Under the pieces are notes generated by a model. That model was given only the letters and a program-made list of their open reading frames with translations. It had not been told where the DNA came from and did no database searches. Shown piece by piece: positions 38,768-52,109 of a stretch of 64,000 nucleotides of DNA. Position numbers and translations under genes: made by a program. Source of the stretch: Mobula hypostoma (taxonomy: Eukaryota); the NCBI RefSeq assembly GCF_963921235.1, contig NC_086097.1, forward strand, positions 61,010,001 through 61,074,000, in the 5' to 3' direction. How positions within the stretch are numbered: the stretch's first letter is position 1; the number at the start of each line of letters is the position of its first letter.

Positions 38768-39375
38768 CCCTCACTTGCTCAAAATATTTAAACATCCAAT
38801 CCAGACTGCCTGAAATTACTAAAATTATCCACATTTTTCCTCAGTTTCCAACTTTTCGTTTGCAACAGAAGCAAAGGAAAAATGTGCTCATAGCTTACCA
38901 CCTCCTAACTGAGCTTTTAAACCAGAAATGGATCTCACTGTATTTACAGGAGATTTAGAACTTGACTTAGGTGATTTTGGTTTCAAGAAACTAGGAGGAG
39001 GCTGCAGTTAATGTTACAGTTTATTCTAGAAAAAATTTCTCTCCCTCCACCAACTTGGACATTAATAATTAGTGAAAATGAGTGGAGCGGAATTTAGAAG
39101 TAGCATTTGTATATCTTCTTACCACTGTTATGCTTTGCACCTTCAGAATATTTTTCACTTAACTTGCTCTGTTTTACACCCCTATATTTGTTCATAATTT
39201 CTGAAGGAATATATTTTTTTTGTTCCTTCCTCCCCTGCCTTCCTGTTGTATTTACTTAATTGTATGTTCATGTACTTTGTTTGAATGGATAAATGTGTAG
39301 ACTATTTTCTAAACAGTAGGAAAAATAAAAAAATCAAAGGTGCAAAAGGGGCTTGTGAATCCTTGTGCGTGATTC

Positions 39376-39992
39376 ATAGAAACATAGAAACATAGAAAAT
39401 AGGTGCAGGAGTAGGCCATTCGGCCCTTCGAGCCTGCACCGCCATTTATTATGATCATGGCTGATCATCCAACTCAGAACCCAGCCTTCCCTCCATACCC
39501 CCTGACCCCTGTAGCCACAAGGGCCATATCTAACTTCCTTTTAAACATAGCTAATGAACTGGCCTCAACAGTTTGCTGTGGCAGAGAATTCCACAGATTC
39601 ACCACTCTCTGTGTGAAGAAGTTTTTCCTAACCTCGGTCCTAAAAGGCTTCCCCTCTATCCTCAAACTGTGACCCCTCGTTCTAGACCTCCCCAACATCG
39701 GGAACAATCTTCCCGCATCTAGCCTGTCCAATCCCTTTAGGATCTTATACGTTTCAATCAGATCCACCCTCAATCTTCTAAATTCCAACGAGTACAAGCC
39801 CAGTTCATCCAGTCTTTCTTCATATGAAAGACCTGCCATCCCAGGAATCAATCTGGTGAACCTTCTTTGTACTCCCTCTATGGCAAAGATGTCTTTCCTC
39901 AGATTAGGGGACCAAAACTGCACACAATACTCCAGGTGTGGTCTCACCAAGGCCTTGTACAACTGCAGTAGTACCTCCCTGCTCCTGTACTC
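39376..39992 (-). mobile_element. Young 5'-truncated CR1 LINE with open RT C-terminus
   Basis: Uninterrupted LYKALVRPHLEYCVQFWSP...RTRGHSL...FFTQRVVNLWNSLP, with a (catagaaa)3 tail at 39376. Confidence 0.92.
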
Positions 39993-40417
39993 GACAGGTA
40001 GTAAGAAAGGCAATTGCAATGTAAGCATTCATTTCGAGAGAACTAAATATAACAGCAAGGATGTAAAGCTCAGGCTTTATAAGGCATTAGCTAGACCACA
40101 CTTGGAGTATCGTGAGCAGTTTTAGGCCCCTTGTCTAAAAAGGATGTGCTGGCATTGGAGAGGGTCTAGAGCAGGTTCACAAGACTGATTCTAAGAATGA
40201 AAGAGTTAACATTCATTGTGAAGAACATTTGATGGTTCTGTGCCTGTACTTGCTGGAGTTTAGAAGGATGAGAGACAATCTCATGGAAACCTATTGAATT
40301 TTGAAAGGTCTAAATAGAGAGGATGTGGAGAGGAAATAGTGGGGATGTCTAAAACCAGATGGCACAGCCTCAGAACAGAGGAATGTCCATTTTGAACAGA
40401 GATAAGGAGGAATTTCC

Positions 40418-43156
40418 TGAGACCAAAAAACATAGGTGCAGAATTAGGCCATTTGGTCCATCAAGTCTGCTCCACCATTCCATCATGGCTGACCCTTTAT
40501 TCTTCTCCTTAACCTCACTCCCCAACCTTCTTCCGTTAACTTTTGATGCCATATCCAATCAAGAATCTGTCGATCTCTACTTTAAATACACCCAAAGACC
40601 TGGCCTCAACACCTGCCTGTGGTAATAAATCCACAAATTCACCACATTCTGGCTGAAGAAATTTTTCTGCATCTCTGTTTTAAATTGACGCCCCTCTATC
40701 GTGAAGCTGTGCCCTCTTGTCCTAGACTCCTCCACCATGGGAAACATCCTTTCCACATCTACTCTCTCTAGGCCTTTCAACATTTGGAAGGTTTCAATGA
40801 GATCCGCCTCATCCTTCTAAATTGCAGTAAGTACAGACCCACAGCCATCAAATGTTCCTGGGATGATTACCCTTTCATTCTTGGAATCATCTTTGTGAAC
40901 CTCTTCTGGATTCTCTCCAATGCCAGCACACCTTTTCTTCGATGAGGAGCCCAAAACTGTTCACAATACTCAAGGTGAGGCCTCTCTAGTGCCTTATAAA
41001 TCCTCAGCACCTTGTCCCTGCTCTTGTATTTGTTACATACTTCATGGATATCTTGTGACTGTCTTATGAGGATGATATAACGGTCTTCCGGAGGTCACAT
41101 GATATAATTTTTCCTCTGATGTGAGGTCACGTGATGACCTGTTCTCACCAGGTATATAAGGGTAGACCCCTGGTGACGCAGTTAGTTTTTAGTCAGATCG
41201 TCAGTCAGATACTCCGCTGTGCTGCATATTCGTCCCATGATGCAATTTAGTTTTAAAATGGAGTTTTACTTTCTATTGTAAGGTACAGAGGTGTTGGGCC
41301 GGCAGTTTCACCAATAGCTGACAGCTTTGTCAGTGTACCTATTCAGTAGTATTGGACAGCGAAGATATTACTAAGGTACAGAACTTGAAGGAGCTGAGTC
41401 AAGCTGATATCATTTGGCGGTTTTGGAGAGTATCGACCTTCATTGAATCTTCGTTCAAGGAAGAATGACTTGCAACTGAGCTATCCCCTGCTAAAGTAGG
41501 AAGGATAGTGCAGTGTCTAATCACCAGAGGAAAAGGTCAGTTCCTTTAAAGCGTTTTATTTATCGTCGTGAATCCTGCGAATAAGGCAGGTTCCAGCTGG
41601 GATCAGCAGTAACGTGACATCTTCGAGGAATTCTTTACTTCAGGAAAGTCTCTCCTAATTGACTGTATAAATCTCTTGGACTTTCAAATTTACCATTCTA
41701 CGAACTGTGTTTGAATTTACCACTTTAAGAACTGTTTTCGCATTTACCCTTTTAAGAACTGTTCCAGAGTTGCCGTATAACAGTTAACTTCCGGTTAAAT
41801 TAGTCGCTTAAATACATTTTGCTATGTTTGAGAAAAGTTTAATAAATGTTTGTTTTTCTTTATAAAACCTGACTCAATTCTATATTCATTGTTGCCAGTC
41901 ACGTGACATATTCAAGACCTCTTGAAATGAATGCTTAAATTATTTTTGCCCTCCTCACCACTGACTCTACCTGCAAGTTAACCTTTAGGGTGTTCTACAC
42001 AAGGAGTCCCAAGTCCCTTTGCATCTCAGATTTTTGGATTTTCCCCCCATTTAGAAAGTAGTCTGCACATCTATTTCTTCTATCAAAGTGAATGACCATG
42101 CATTTTCTAACATTGCATTTCATATGCAACTTTCTTGCCCATTTTCCTAATCCATCTAAGTACTTCTGCAGCCTACCTGTTTCCTCAACATTACCTGCCC
42201 CTCCACCAGTCTTTGTATCATCTGCAAACTTGGCAACAGAACTATCTAATCCATCATCTAAATCATTGATATTCAGCATAAAAGGAAACAGTCCCAACAA
42301 TGTCCCCTGTGGCACACCACTTGTCACTGGCAGCCAACCAAACAAATCAGTCAATGCTCTAACCATATTGATAACTTTCCTGTAATACCATGGGCTCTTA
42401 ACTTGGTAAGCAGCCTCATGTGTGTCACCTTGTCAAAAACCTTCTGAAAGTCCAAATATATAACATACACTGCATCCCCTTTATCTATCCTACTTGTAAC
42501 CTCCTCAAAGAATTCCAACAGGTTTGTCAGGCAAGATTTTCCATTAAGGAAACATACACACTTTGTCCTGTCTTGTCTTGTCTGACCAAGTATTCCATCA
42601 CCTCATTCTTAACATTTGAATCCAATATCTTCCAGACCACTGAGGTCAGGCTAACTGGTCTATAATTTCCTCTCTGCTGCCTTCCTCTTTTCTTAAAGAG
42701 TGAAGTGACATTTCAATTTTTCAGTCCTCTGATTCCATGCAAGAGTCCAATGATTTTTGAAAGATCATTGCTATTGCCACCAGAATCTCTAACCTTACCT
42801 CTTTCAGAACCTGGGGGTGCAGTTCATCTGGTCTGGCTGACTTATGTACCCATAGGTCTTTCAGCTTTTTGATCACCTTCTCCTAGTAATACTAACTTCA
42901 CTCACTTCTCTTCCTTCACATACTACAACATTTGGCACACTGCTGGTGTTTTCCACAGTGAATGTTGATGCAAACCACTCATTTAGTTCATTTGCCATCT
43001 TTTGCACTGTTATTATTTCTACTCATTTCAGCCTCATTTTGTAGCAGTCCTATATCCACTCTCATCTCTCTTTTTTTTTACATACTTGAAAATGCTTTTA
43101 CTACCCACTTTGATATTGTTTACTAGCTTGCTTTCATATTTCATCTTTTCCCTTCT
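40418..43156 (-). mobile_element. CR1 LINE, 5'-truncated, itself interrupted by a solo LTR
   Basis: GWLPVTSGVPQG, KFADDTK and RTRGHS on the minus strand, with the 3' end near 40420. Confidence 0.88.
41031..41908 (+). mobile_element. Solo LTR of the 32101-38767 family
   Basis: TGTTACATAC...CACGTGACA with a 4-bp TSD tatt/tatt; collinear with the 37869 LTR. Confidence 0.93.
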
Positions 43157-43789
43157 TGTTAGCCAGAGAGTAGTGAATCAGTGGAATTTGTTGCCACAGA
43201 TTGGTGTGGAGGCCTAGTCATTGAGTATACTTAAATCTGTGTTTGATAGCTTCTTGATTAGTCAGGGTGTCAAAGGCCGAAGGCAGGAAAATGAGTTTGA
43301 GAAGGATAATAGAATGGTGGAACAGACTCAATGGGCAGAACGGCCTAATTCTGCTCCTATGTGGCCTTAAACCTAAAACATCTGCTTCTCAGCTTTGAAG
43401 AATGGCAATATTTTAATTCTTTTCCTCTGTATATAAATGTTTCCAGCGCCCTGGTCTCTTTTCAGAGTACTCACTCACTATATAATTCAATATTTGAAGC
43501 AACTGGAATTCCATTGCTTGGACATTGAAAGTATTGGATGTCATCAGTTACACACCATGAAATATGGTTCGTGCTCAAAACTAGAATTCTGTCAAATCAA
43601 GGAGTTTAGGTCTACTTTGGAAATTCACTTACACGTGGCTGTTTTCCCTACAGATAGTGCACATTTGGAATAATGTTTGAAAAATCCCTCTCAACGCAGA
43701 TTTTAAAATAGAGGAAGCTGTATGGATGTATAAATTTGTATTTTTCAGTTCGTAAAGTTGTAACAAGCAGTGCGTCACTATAGTTGCTG

Positions 43790-44610
43790 CTGGGATCTCA
43801 AGCTGAATGAAGCCAATGAAGGAATGATTGCTGAATTTGCTGATGACACAAAGATGTATGAAAAGTAAATTGTAAAGAGGGTATAGCAAAATTATAAATA
43901 GGTGCAGGCTAAATGACCAGGCAAAAATCTAGTAAATGATGTATAATACAAAAACCTGAAAAAAACATCTGTTTTGATAAGAAATATTGAAAAGGAGGAT
44001 ATTATTTAAATGAAAAGATATTACAGATCTCTGAGATTAAGAAAGCCAGCAGAAAATTAATGTTATTGTTCAGGAAATCACATTTAAAATCATGTAGGCT
44101 ATGCATACTTCAGTTATTTAGGGGCCTTGTGGGATACATTAGATTACAATATATATAAGGAAAGATATGCATTGAAACAGATCAGAGATTGTTTATTGAA
44201 CGGCTACCTTGAATAAAGTTACATGAGGAAAGATAGGACAGACGTAGAAAAGTGAAAGGACATTTGCTTTAAGTGTTCAAGATCCAGTGGGATCTTGATA
44301 GGGTGAGTATGGAGAGGATGCTCCCTCTTAAAAGTGAATATTGGGGGAGAATAATGGATCACCTATTTAAGGTAGAGATGAGATGAAACTTTTACTCACA
44401 GAGAGTTATAAATCTTTGAAACTCTCTTCTTTAAAGAACAGTAGAAACAGTATTTTTAAGGCAGAGTAGATCCTGATGAATAATGGACTAAAATGTTACT
44501 GGGGGTCGTGGGAATGCTATTACAGTCAGCTCAGCCATAATATTATTGCATGCTGTAGCAGGGTGGTGGGATAGAATGGCCTACTGCTACTTTTTATTCC
44601 TATATGCATG
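43790..44610 (+). mobile_element. Highly decayed CR1 fragment
   Basis: aatttgctgatgacacaaag (FADDTK) and a 3' end gaatggcctactgctact. Confidence 0.6.
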
Positions 44611-45669
44611 TGAAATTTTGCAATACAATTTGGAAGAGGCTTCTCTCTCCACTGCACCCACCCAAGATCACAAAGGAATAGTATTTTGTTTTCCATCCTA
44701 TGAATTTTATGATGTACAATTGACAGGAGAATCAGTTAATAGGTAACATGAATGTCTGTGACCATGAAAGTAGTTTACATTTCTTCTGTACAGGCCTGAT
44801 TTCTTTTTATAAGGAAGCATTAAAGCTTTTGTCACTTTCAATTATCAGTGGTATGTCTGGCATGTTGGTGACATTTTCCTTCTGTTCTAATAAGTGATTC
44901 ACAAAAGATCTTCAAAGAATGAAGAAATGCCAATGTTTGCAATCCCTGCACTACCTAGTCACACACTAACCTCTGTCAAATATGCATTTAACTAGGGAGG
45001 TGATTATATTTTGACATAACCTTGAGGCTAAAGAGCAACAGTTAATATGCTTCGAGTTGTTCCAGCCAGGAGTTTTATTTTGTCCTGAGATTTAAAGTTT
45101 ACCAGTGCTGAAGGTCCATTATCTATGGATAATTTCCAGCTGGTTGCAAAGGAAAACTGTCAATTGACGTTCTTCCATAGTTACTGAACAAAGTCCTGAT
45201 GGTGACAAGGAAAGAATTACATCCTGCCAAGCTACCAAACTGAGTTTTGTACTGGTTGGCACCCTGCAGACTATGAAGTATATTAACAATATAAAGTTTG
45301 AAAATGAATCTATTTCTAAAGGGTACATATTTGGCAAATAGAGATCCACCAAAGAAACTGAAGCAGTGTTATGGTGTATAGTTTGCTGTGTCCTTCAATA
45401 TTAGTTCTGATCCTTGCCAATACATCTGATTTCCAATAGTACTCCAAAAAGACATCAAAGCAATCATAACAATATTCAGAATTTAAGCATCCACAGACCT
45501 CTGTTGATGGTCAACTTCTCAGTAACCACATATCTTTAGATTTTTTTGTGTTTCATCTCTCATTCTTCAAAATTATAGCTAGAAAATACTAACCTCATTC
45601 CAATCTCTCCAATGGTTGAAAGTCAGGGCATAATTCAGGCTACAGAATGTTCTATAAACCCGTTTTTTT

Positions 45670-45995
45670 TATTTGTTGTGTATCGTGTTGTATGACATGG
45701 GTGATCATGGTCTTTCTGGTTTGCCATTGCCTTCTTCTGGGCAGAAGGTGGCTGACCCTTGTCACTGTCAATACTTTCCAGAGATTGTCTGCCTGGCGTC
45801 AGTGGTCGCATAGTCAGGACTTGTGATATGCACCAGCTACTCATATGATCATCCAGCACCTGCTCCAGAGGCTTCACAAGACTGTGATCAGGGGGCTAAG
45901 CAGGTGTGCACTTTGCTCAAGGGTGATCTGCAGGCTAGTGGAGGCAACAAGTGCCTTACGCCTTTGGTAAAAATATATGCCCAATCCCCACCCTA
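45670..45995 (-). mobile_element. RTE-derived short non-autonomous element (Bov-A-like architecture)
   Basis: The minus strand contains agaagaaggcaatggcaaacc (similar to the Bov-A/RTE motif agaaggcaatggca) and ends accatgatcacccatgtcatacaacacg. Confidence 0.5.
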
Positions 45996-46029
45996 ATAAG
46001 CCAGTAAAGAAGCAAAGTCTTCCTTAGGA

Positions 46030-47040
46030 AATGATACAATATTAACATTTACGAGATCATAGAACTCAATACACCCCGAGATTTGTTTACTTGTGGGCTT
46101 CACAGTAAATACAAAGAAACACAATAAAATCTATGAGAAACTGCACACAAACAGAGATGGACAGACAACCAATATGCAAAACAAAACAAATTACAACAAA
46201 GAAAAAGAACAAAATGTAGTACCTGTACATAAATAATAAATATTGGTAACATGAGTTGCAGAGTCCTTAGAAACGAGTCCATAGGTTGTGGAATCAGTTC
46301 AGTGTCGGGGTGAGTAAAGTTATCCACTCTGGTTCAGAAGCCGGATGGCTGAAGGGTAATAACTGTCCCTGAATCTGGTGGTCTGGGACCTAAGGCACCC
46401 ATACCTCCTTCTGATGGCAGTAGCAAGAAGAGAGCATGGCCTGGGGGGTGGGGATCCTTGATGAAGGATGCTGCTTTCCTGAAACAGCACTGCTTGTAGA
46501 TGTGCTCAATGATTCAATGATGGGGATTGGGCTATATCAACAACTTCCTGCGCTTTTTTTTTCCATTAAAGGGCATTTGGTGTTTCCATACCAGGTTGTA
46601 GTGCAACCAGCTAGTAAGCTCTGCAGCGTGAATCAATTAAATTTTGTCAGATTTTTAGATGACAGGCCAAATCTTTGCAAAGTTCTAAGAAAGTGGAGGC
46701 ACTGCTGCACCTTCCTGGTAAGTTACATGCTGGACCCAAGACAGATCCTGTGAAATGATAATGCTAAAGAATTTAAGGTTAATGGTCATCACCACCTCTG
46801 ATCCCCTGATGAGGACTGGTTCATGGATCTCCTGTTTCCTGCTCCTGTAGTCAATAATCAACTCTTTGTTTCTGCTGACATTGCGTGAGAGGCTGTTGTT
46901 GTGGCACCACTCAGCCAGACTTTCAACCTCCCTCATATATGCTGATTCATCACCATTTTTGATTCAGCCAATGACAATCAGCAAATTTAAATATGGTATT
47001 GGAGCTGTGTTTAGCCTCTCAGTAATAAAGTATAAAGCGA
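46030..47040 (-). mobile_element. Rex1/Babar-type LINE 3' fragment
   Basis: REVESLAEWCHNNSLSRNVSRNKELIIDYR..PVLIRGSEV on the minus strand. Confidence 0.8.
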
Positions 47041-47145
47041 GTGGTGGCGGCGGTGGGGGGGGGGGGCGGTGGATGCTAAGCACCTGTGCTCTGGATTCTG
47101 ACATTTTACTTATCTCTCCACTCTGAAACATTTTCCTTTTCTATC

Positions 47146-47360
47146 CATAGAACCTAAGAACCGTAGAACACTACAGCACAGAAAACAGGTCATTCGGCCC
47201 TTCTAGTCTGTGCCGAAACATTATTCCGCTAGTCCCATTGACCTGCATCCAGTCCATAACCCTCAAGACCTCTCCCATCCATGTACCTATCCAATTTATT
47301 CGTGAAACTTAAGAGTGAGTCCGCATTTAACACTTCAGACAGCATCTCATTCCACACTTG
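47146..47360 (-). mobile_element. CR1 3' end fragment
   Basis: catagaacc..tagaacactacagcacagaaaacaggtcattcggccc tail. Confidence 0.65.
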
Positions 47361-49994
47361 TTCCCATGGATCTGAATAATTTCATATTTTTGTAGAGTAA
47401 ACTCAAAATGCTAGTTTCTAGTCTGTAACTTAATAGGTCAGTATTATCTCCCTACTCCTTTTAATATTTCCCTATATCTCTTCATACAAATAAAATTGAA
47501 TATATTATACATGATTCCTTTATTCAATTCAATAATAAAGACTGTAAATAACAGCATAGACCCTGATCATAATCTGCATATTTTATACAGTATATACTGT
47601 CACCTAAGACATCTATTTCCACTATCTTCTGTCTTTTAACCATATAGTAATTTCTTTTGTAGCAACTTAATCAAATGAATTTTGAAAATTTAGTTTTGCT
47701 ACTGGTTCCTCTTTATTTGTTACTTAATGGGACATTAGGTTTCATAATCACAGTAAATTTCCGATTGTCCACTTATCAGGAACGTAATAAATTCTCTCAT
47801 TAGATTAAATGCCTCCTTTCTTTAACATTGTTCTACTTTTGCTGTTTTCTAAAGCAAAATCATTCAGCCATCTAGGGAGTATCTGTAAGATCAAAACCAA
47901 AATATCAACTTTCTACCCAGAGACTTATTAAAATAGTAGTATGAAACAGATTTACGAATTTCAAAACATTTGTTTATCTGTTAGTTTTCTAAGTTCCTGA
48001 CTCTCTCTAGACCCTTAATTCTCCACAGTCTCCAATATTCAGTTTGAACCTACTGAGAGTACTGACAACATTTATGTCTTATCTGCCATTTCCCTTGTCT
48101 CTGTTATAAATTCATCTGTCTCAGTCACCAAGGCATGGTCACTTTATTGTCACTATCAAACAATTTTAATTTTGTATCAATTATTTTAAAAACAAAAATT
48201 GAGGATGTTGAGTCAGGATTGAAAAAAAAATCTATGATTTTTTGTTCCAGGTCTCTTTGGAGCATAAAGCACAAAAGACACAGAATATGCTCAGAGACAC
48301 TCATCTTGTCATTGGATGCTTCTTCATGGTTTCTTCATTCACATTACAGAGATCCACTATTTAAATGGAGCAGGTTCTCACATTGCTCATGACACCAACA
48401 TCCGAAAGAATGAAAGAAGTCCTAGCTGTGCAGGACTCTATCAGATACCGTGAAGCTGATTTAGTGAGTTCCCTTCAAGTTGTTTTGTTAGTGGATCTCC
48501 TTCAGGTACTGCTCATATTCTTAACCCATACCCACTTTCCTAGTTTGTAACTTCTGTCCAATAACCTTTTCTTGATCATGCAACTTGACCACTCCAACTG
48601 TCCTAGTCATCTGACTGCTCCCTGTCTACTCAATTGTAAAGCTCAGCTTCCTCATTTTGCCCTACACCTCCCCCCGCCACTACCAATAACTACCAACAGG
48701 TGAGATTCTTCCTTGCTGTCCCTTCTGATTTATGAGCCTTCATCTCTTGGGCCTCTATGTGAAATGAAGGCTTCCCTTGTGTCTTGCTGACTCAGAGTAC
48801 ATATACCCTGTTGAACTTTGAAGGATCAAGTCAGGGAAAACCTCACCATGTTGCACAGTGACTATTTAACATCCCTGTGGGCTTTAATCCTTTCTTTAGA
48901 TCCAAGACAATGCACCATAATACTCGTTCGATTCAATCTATGGACTCTTCCTCAAAGCGAATTTCACTATTTTAGTTTACAGTTGTATTAAAAGTAAAAT
49001 TTCTCAAGGGAGTATTGTATTACTTTTTCATATTCTCCAGTAATTTCTTGATTTAACTCTGTTCAACGTTATAGTTATTGCTAGGTGCCCTAGAAACTAC
49101 TCTATTCTGTGTTTTCTTGTTATTATTTGTTCTTACCTGAGGAACTATTTTGCTCATATTAAGAAGACCATGTATGTCCCCATATTAATCTAAATGATGC
49201 AGAAGAATAAAGGGATCAGAAAGTACAGATATATGGACAGTTACGTGGTAAACAAATCGCAAAAGACTGAACAAATTCAACCAATTACTGGGATTTTTAG
49301 AGGGACAGAATCATAAGTTGGACATATTAAGCAAATCAAATATTGAACTTTGGTTGGATCACACTTGGAAGTAAAGATGCAATTCTCCAAACAGCTACAG
49401 TTGGTGCAATAATACATATAACTTTAATTTATAAGGGCAGTGCAGTTGTCTACATAGACTTTAGCAAAACTTTTAACAAGGTTTGGCAGATTAGATCAAA
49501 TGACATGCAGTGTGAGCTAGCCAACTATTTGCAAAATTAGCTTGGTGGAAGAAGACAAAAACGGTGGTGGAGGGTTGTTTCTCAGACTGAAGGCTTCTAA
49601 CTAGTGCTGAGCCACAATGCTTGGTGCCAGGACCTCTATCATTTGTCATATATATTAATGATTCAGATGATAATATTGGTGGTATGATAAGTAAGTTAGT
49701 GAATGATATCAAAATTAGTGGTGTGATGGAGAGTGAAGAAGGTAGTCAAAGGTAACAACAGGATCTAGATTAACTGGAAAATGGGCAACGGAATGAGAAA
49801 TGGAATTTATCTCAGTCAATTGCAAAGTGATGCATAAGTTACACCAGGGCAGGACTGAAACATTGTCAAGTCCTGCAGAGGACTGTTTAGTAGGGAGACC
49901 TAGAATACAAAACATAGTTCCATAAAATGGTGTCACAGGTAGGCAAAGAGCTGAAAACTGGTTTTGGCAAGCGTCCTTTTATCAAGTAGAGCAT

Positions 49995-50550
49995 TCAAGA
50001 TCAAAGATTCCAGATTGTTGATTGTCTTTCTTCAGTACACAATCATAAAAGAGAACAAAATGATTGTGACTCTGGAACAGATGCAGCATTAAAAAAAAAC
50101 ACACAATAAGTATGAACAAACCACAATAAATATAAATATAAATGCAATTCTATGAAACACAATGTACCAGTAACTGTTTAGTGTGGCTGTATATAGATAA
50201 GATTAGCTTATTTACATAGTCTGATTGTACGCGAAGTGATGCTAGATCCAGGAGTATCTAAAATTAAAGAGGCTCTGACAGATAATGGAAGTGACAAAGT
50301 GACTTCTGGCAAGAAGACCTCTTCTATGTAACAGGAGGACATACCAAAGCACGGTAGGACAGTGATGTGTCAGTGAAGGTAAGAGACGTGAAGTGGCAAT
50401 ACATGGGGGGGGGGGCGCGGTTGATGTGTATGTAGTGGTAGTGGGGGATGGTGGGTTGGGTTCGTGGGTGGAAGTGATGATCGGCCTGATAGCTTGGGGC
50501 AAGTAAATTTTTGTATCAAGTGGTCCTGGTATGGATGCTGCATACAACAA
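49995..50550 (-). mobile_element. Rex1-like LINE 3' UTR fragment
   Basis: tcaagatcaaagattc tail and ggcctgatagcttggggcaagtaa, similar to other Rex1 3' regions. Confidence 0.45.
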
Positions 50551-51107
50551 GTACTTCCAGTATATTTGTTGTTAAAAAAGGTTGAGTGTTAGCATTCCTG
50601 CCCAAGACATTGGTGAGAACGTACCTGGAATATTATGGACAGTGTCACCACACTATAGGAAGAATATGAATAACCTAGAGTGGGCACTGAAAAGGTTTGC
50701 AAGGATATCGCCAAGACAGGAAGGCCTGAGTTATCAGGGCAGACTGGATAGACCAGGACTGTTTTATATGAAGCAAAAGGGATGGGATGGGATGGGAGAG
50801 GGGGAGGCATGGCCTTATAGAGATTTCCAAACTCATGACATAAGATTGGCACCATCTATTTTTGCAGGATAGTGAAGCCTAAATCTATCAGGCATAGGTT
50901 TAAGGTAAGAAGGAAATCATTGTAAGGGAAGCCTAGAGGCAAGTTATTTTCCACACAGATGGTGGTGGGTATATGGAATGAGCTGCCAGAGGCAAATACA
51001 ATTGCACTGTTTAAACAGTACTTTGACATGTACAGCACATGGATAACAACACACATAAAGATTGCTGGTGAATGCAGCAGGCCAGGCAGCATCTATAAGA
51101 AGAGGTA

Positions 51108-51149
51108 CAGTTGACGTTTCAGGCTGAGACCCTTCGTCAGGACTAACTG
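51108..51149 (-). ncRNA. Minimal hammerhead ribozyme motif in PLE pLTR
   Basis: The minus strand reads cagttagtc-CTGACGA-AGG(gtctcag)CCT-GAAA-CGTC-aactg; the core is intact, with one stem-I mismatch. Confidence 0.6.
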
Positions 51150-51450
51150 AAAGAAGAGATAGTAAGAGATTTGAAAGTGGGAGGGGGAGGGGGAGATCCA
51201 AAATGATAGGAGAAGACAGGAGGGGGAGGGATGGAGCCAAGAGCTGGACAGGTGATTGGCAAAGGGGATATGAGAGGATCATGGGATGGGAGGACTAGGG
51301 AGAAAGAAAGGGGGAGGGGGGGGAAACCCAGAGGATGGGCAAGGAGTATAGTGAGAGGGACAGAGGGAGAAAAAGGAGAGAGGAAAAAAATATAAAATAA
51401 TGATAGATAAATAAATAAATAACGGTTGGGTATGAAAGGGAGGTGGGGCA

Positions 51451-51735
51451 TTAACGGAAGTTAGAGAAGTCAATGTTCATGACATCAGGTTGGAGGCTAC
51501 CCAAACAGAATATAACGTGTTGTTCCTCCAACTTGCGTGTGGCTTCATCTTGACAGTAGAGGAGGCCATGGGTAGACATATCAGAATGGGAATGGGACGT
51601 GGAATTAAGATGTGTGGCCACTGGGAGATCCTGCTTTTCTGGCGGACAGAACGTAGGTGTTCAGTGAAATGGTCTCCCTGCCTGCGTCGGGTCTCGCCAA
51701 TACATAGAAGCCCGCATTGGGAGCACCCAATGCAG
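51451..51735 (-). pseudogene. GIY-YIG endonuclease C-terminal fragment (Penelope-like)
   Basis: CSQCGLLCIGETRRR.GDHFTEHLRSV / DLPVATHLNS..H..RKLEEQHVIFCLGSLQPDVMNIDFSNFR* with one frameshift. Confidence 0.85.
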
Positions 51736-52109
51736 CCTTCTTATGGTCTTATATAAGATATATATATTATGGTCTTATGAACTTCTCTAACTTCCGTTAA
51801 TGCCCCACCTCCCCTTCGTACCCCATCCATTATTTACTTATTTATCATTATTATATATATTTTTTTCTCTCTCCTTTTTCTCTCTCTGTCCCTCTCACTA
51901 TACTCCTTGCCCATCCTCTGGGCTTCCCCCCTCCCCCTTTCTTTCTCCCTAGGCCTCCCATCCCATGATCCTCTCATATCCCTTTTGCCAATCACCTGTC
52001 CAGCTCTTGGCTCCATCCCTCCCCCTCCTGTCTTCTCCTATCATTTTGGATCTCCCCCTCCCCCTCCCACTTTCAAATCTCTTACTATCTCTTCTTTCAG
52101 TTAGTCCTG

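Larger units (their letters stand above)
39993..43365 (+). mobile_element. CR1 3' fragment split by nested insertions (39993-40417 resumes at 43157-43365)
   Basis: LYKALARPHLEYREQF. gagataaggaggaatttcct (40417) continues as ttagccagagagtagtgaatc (43159) to cggcctaattctgctcctat. Confidence 0.8.

Noticed and set aside
45093..45263. Candidate minus-strand coding exon (ctgcag|GGTGCC...CTG|GTAAAC)
   Set aside because: All three frames hit stops before the donor, and the peptide is not recognisable.
48250..48470. Candidate plus-strand exon after ttttttgttccag
   Set aside because: Stops in all frames and no recognisable product.
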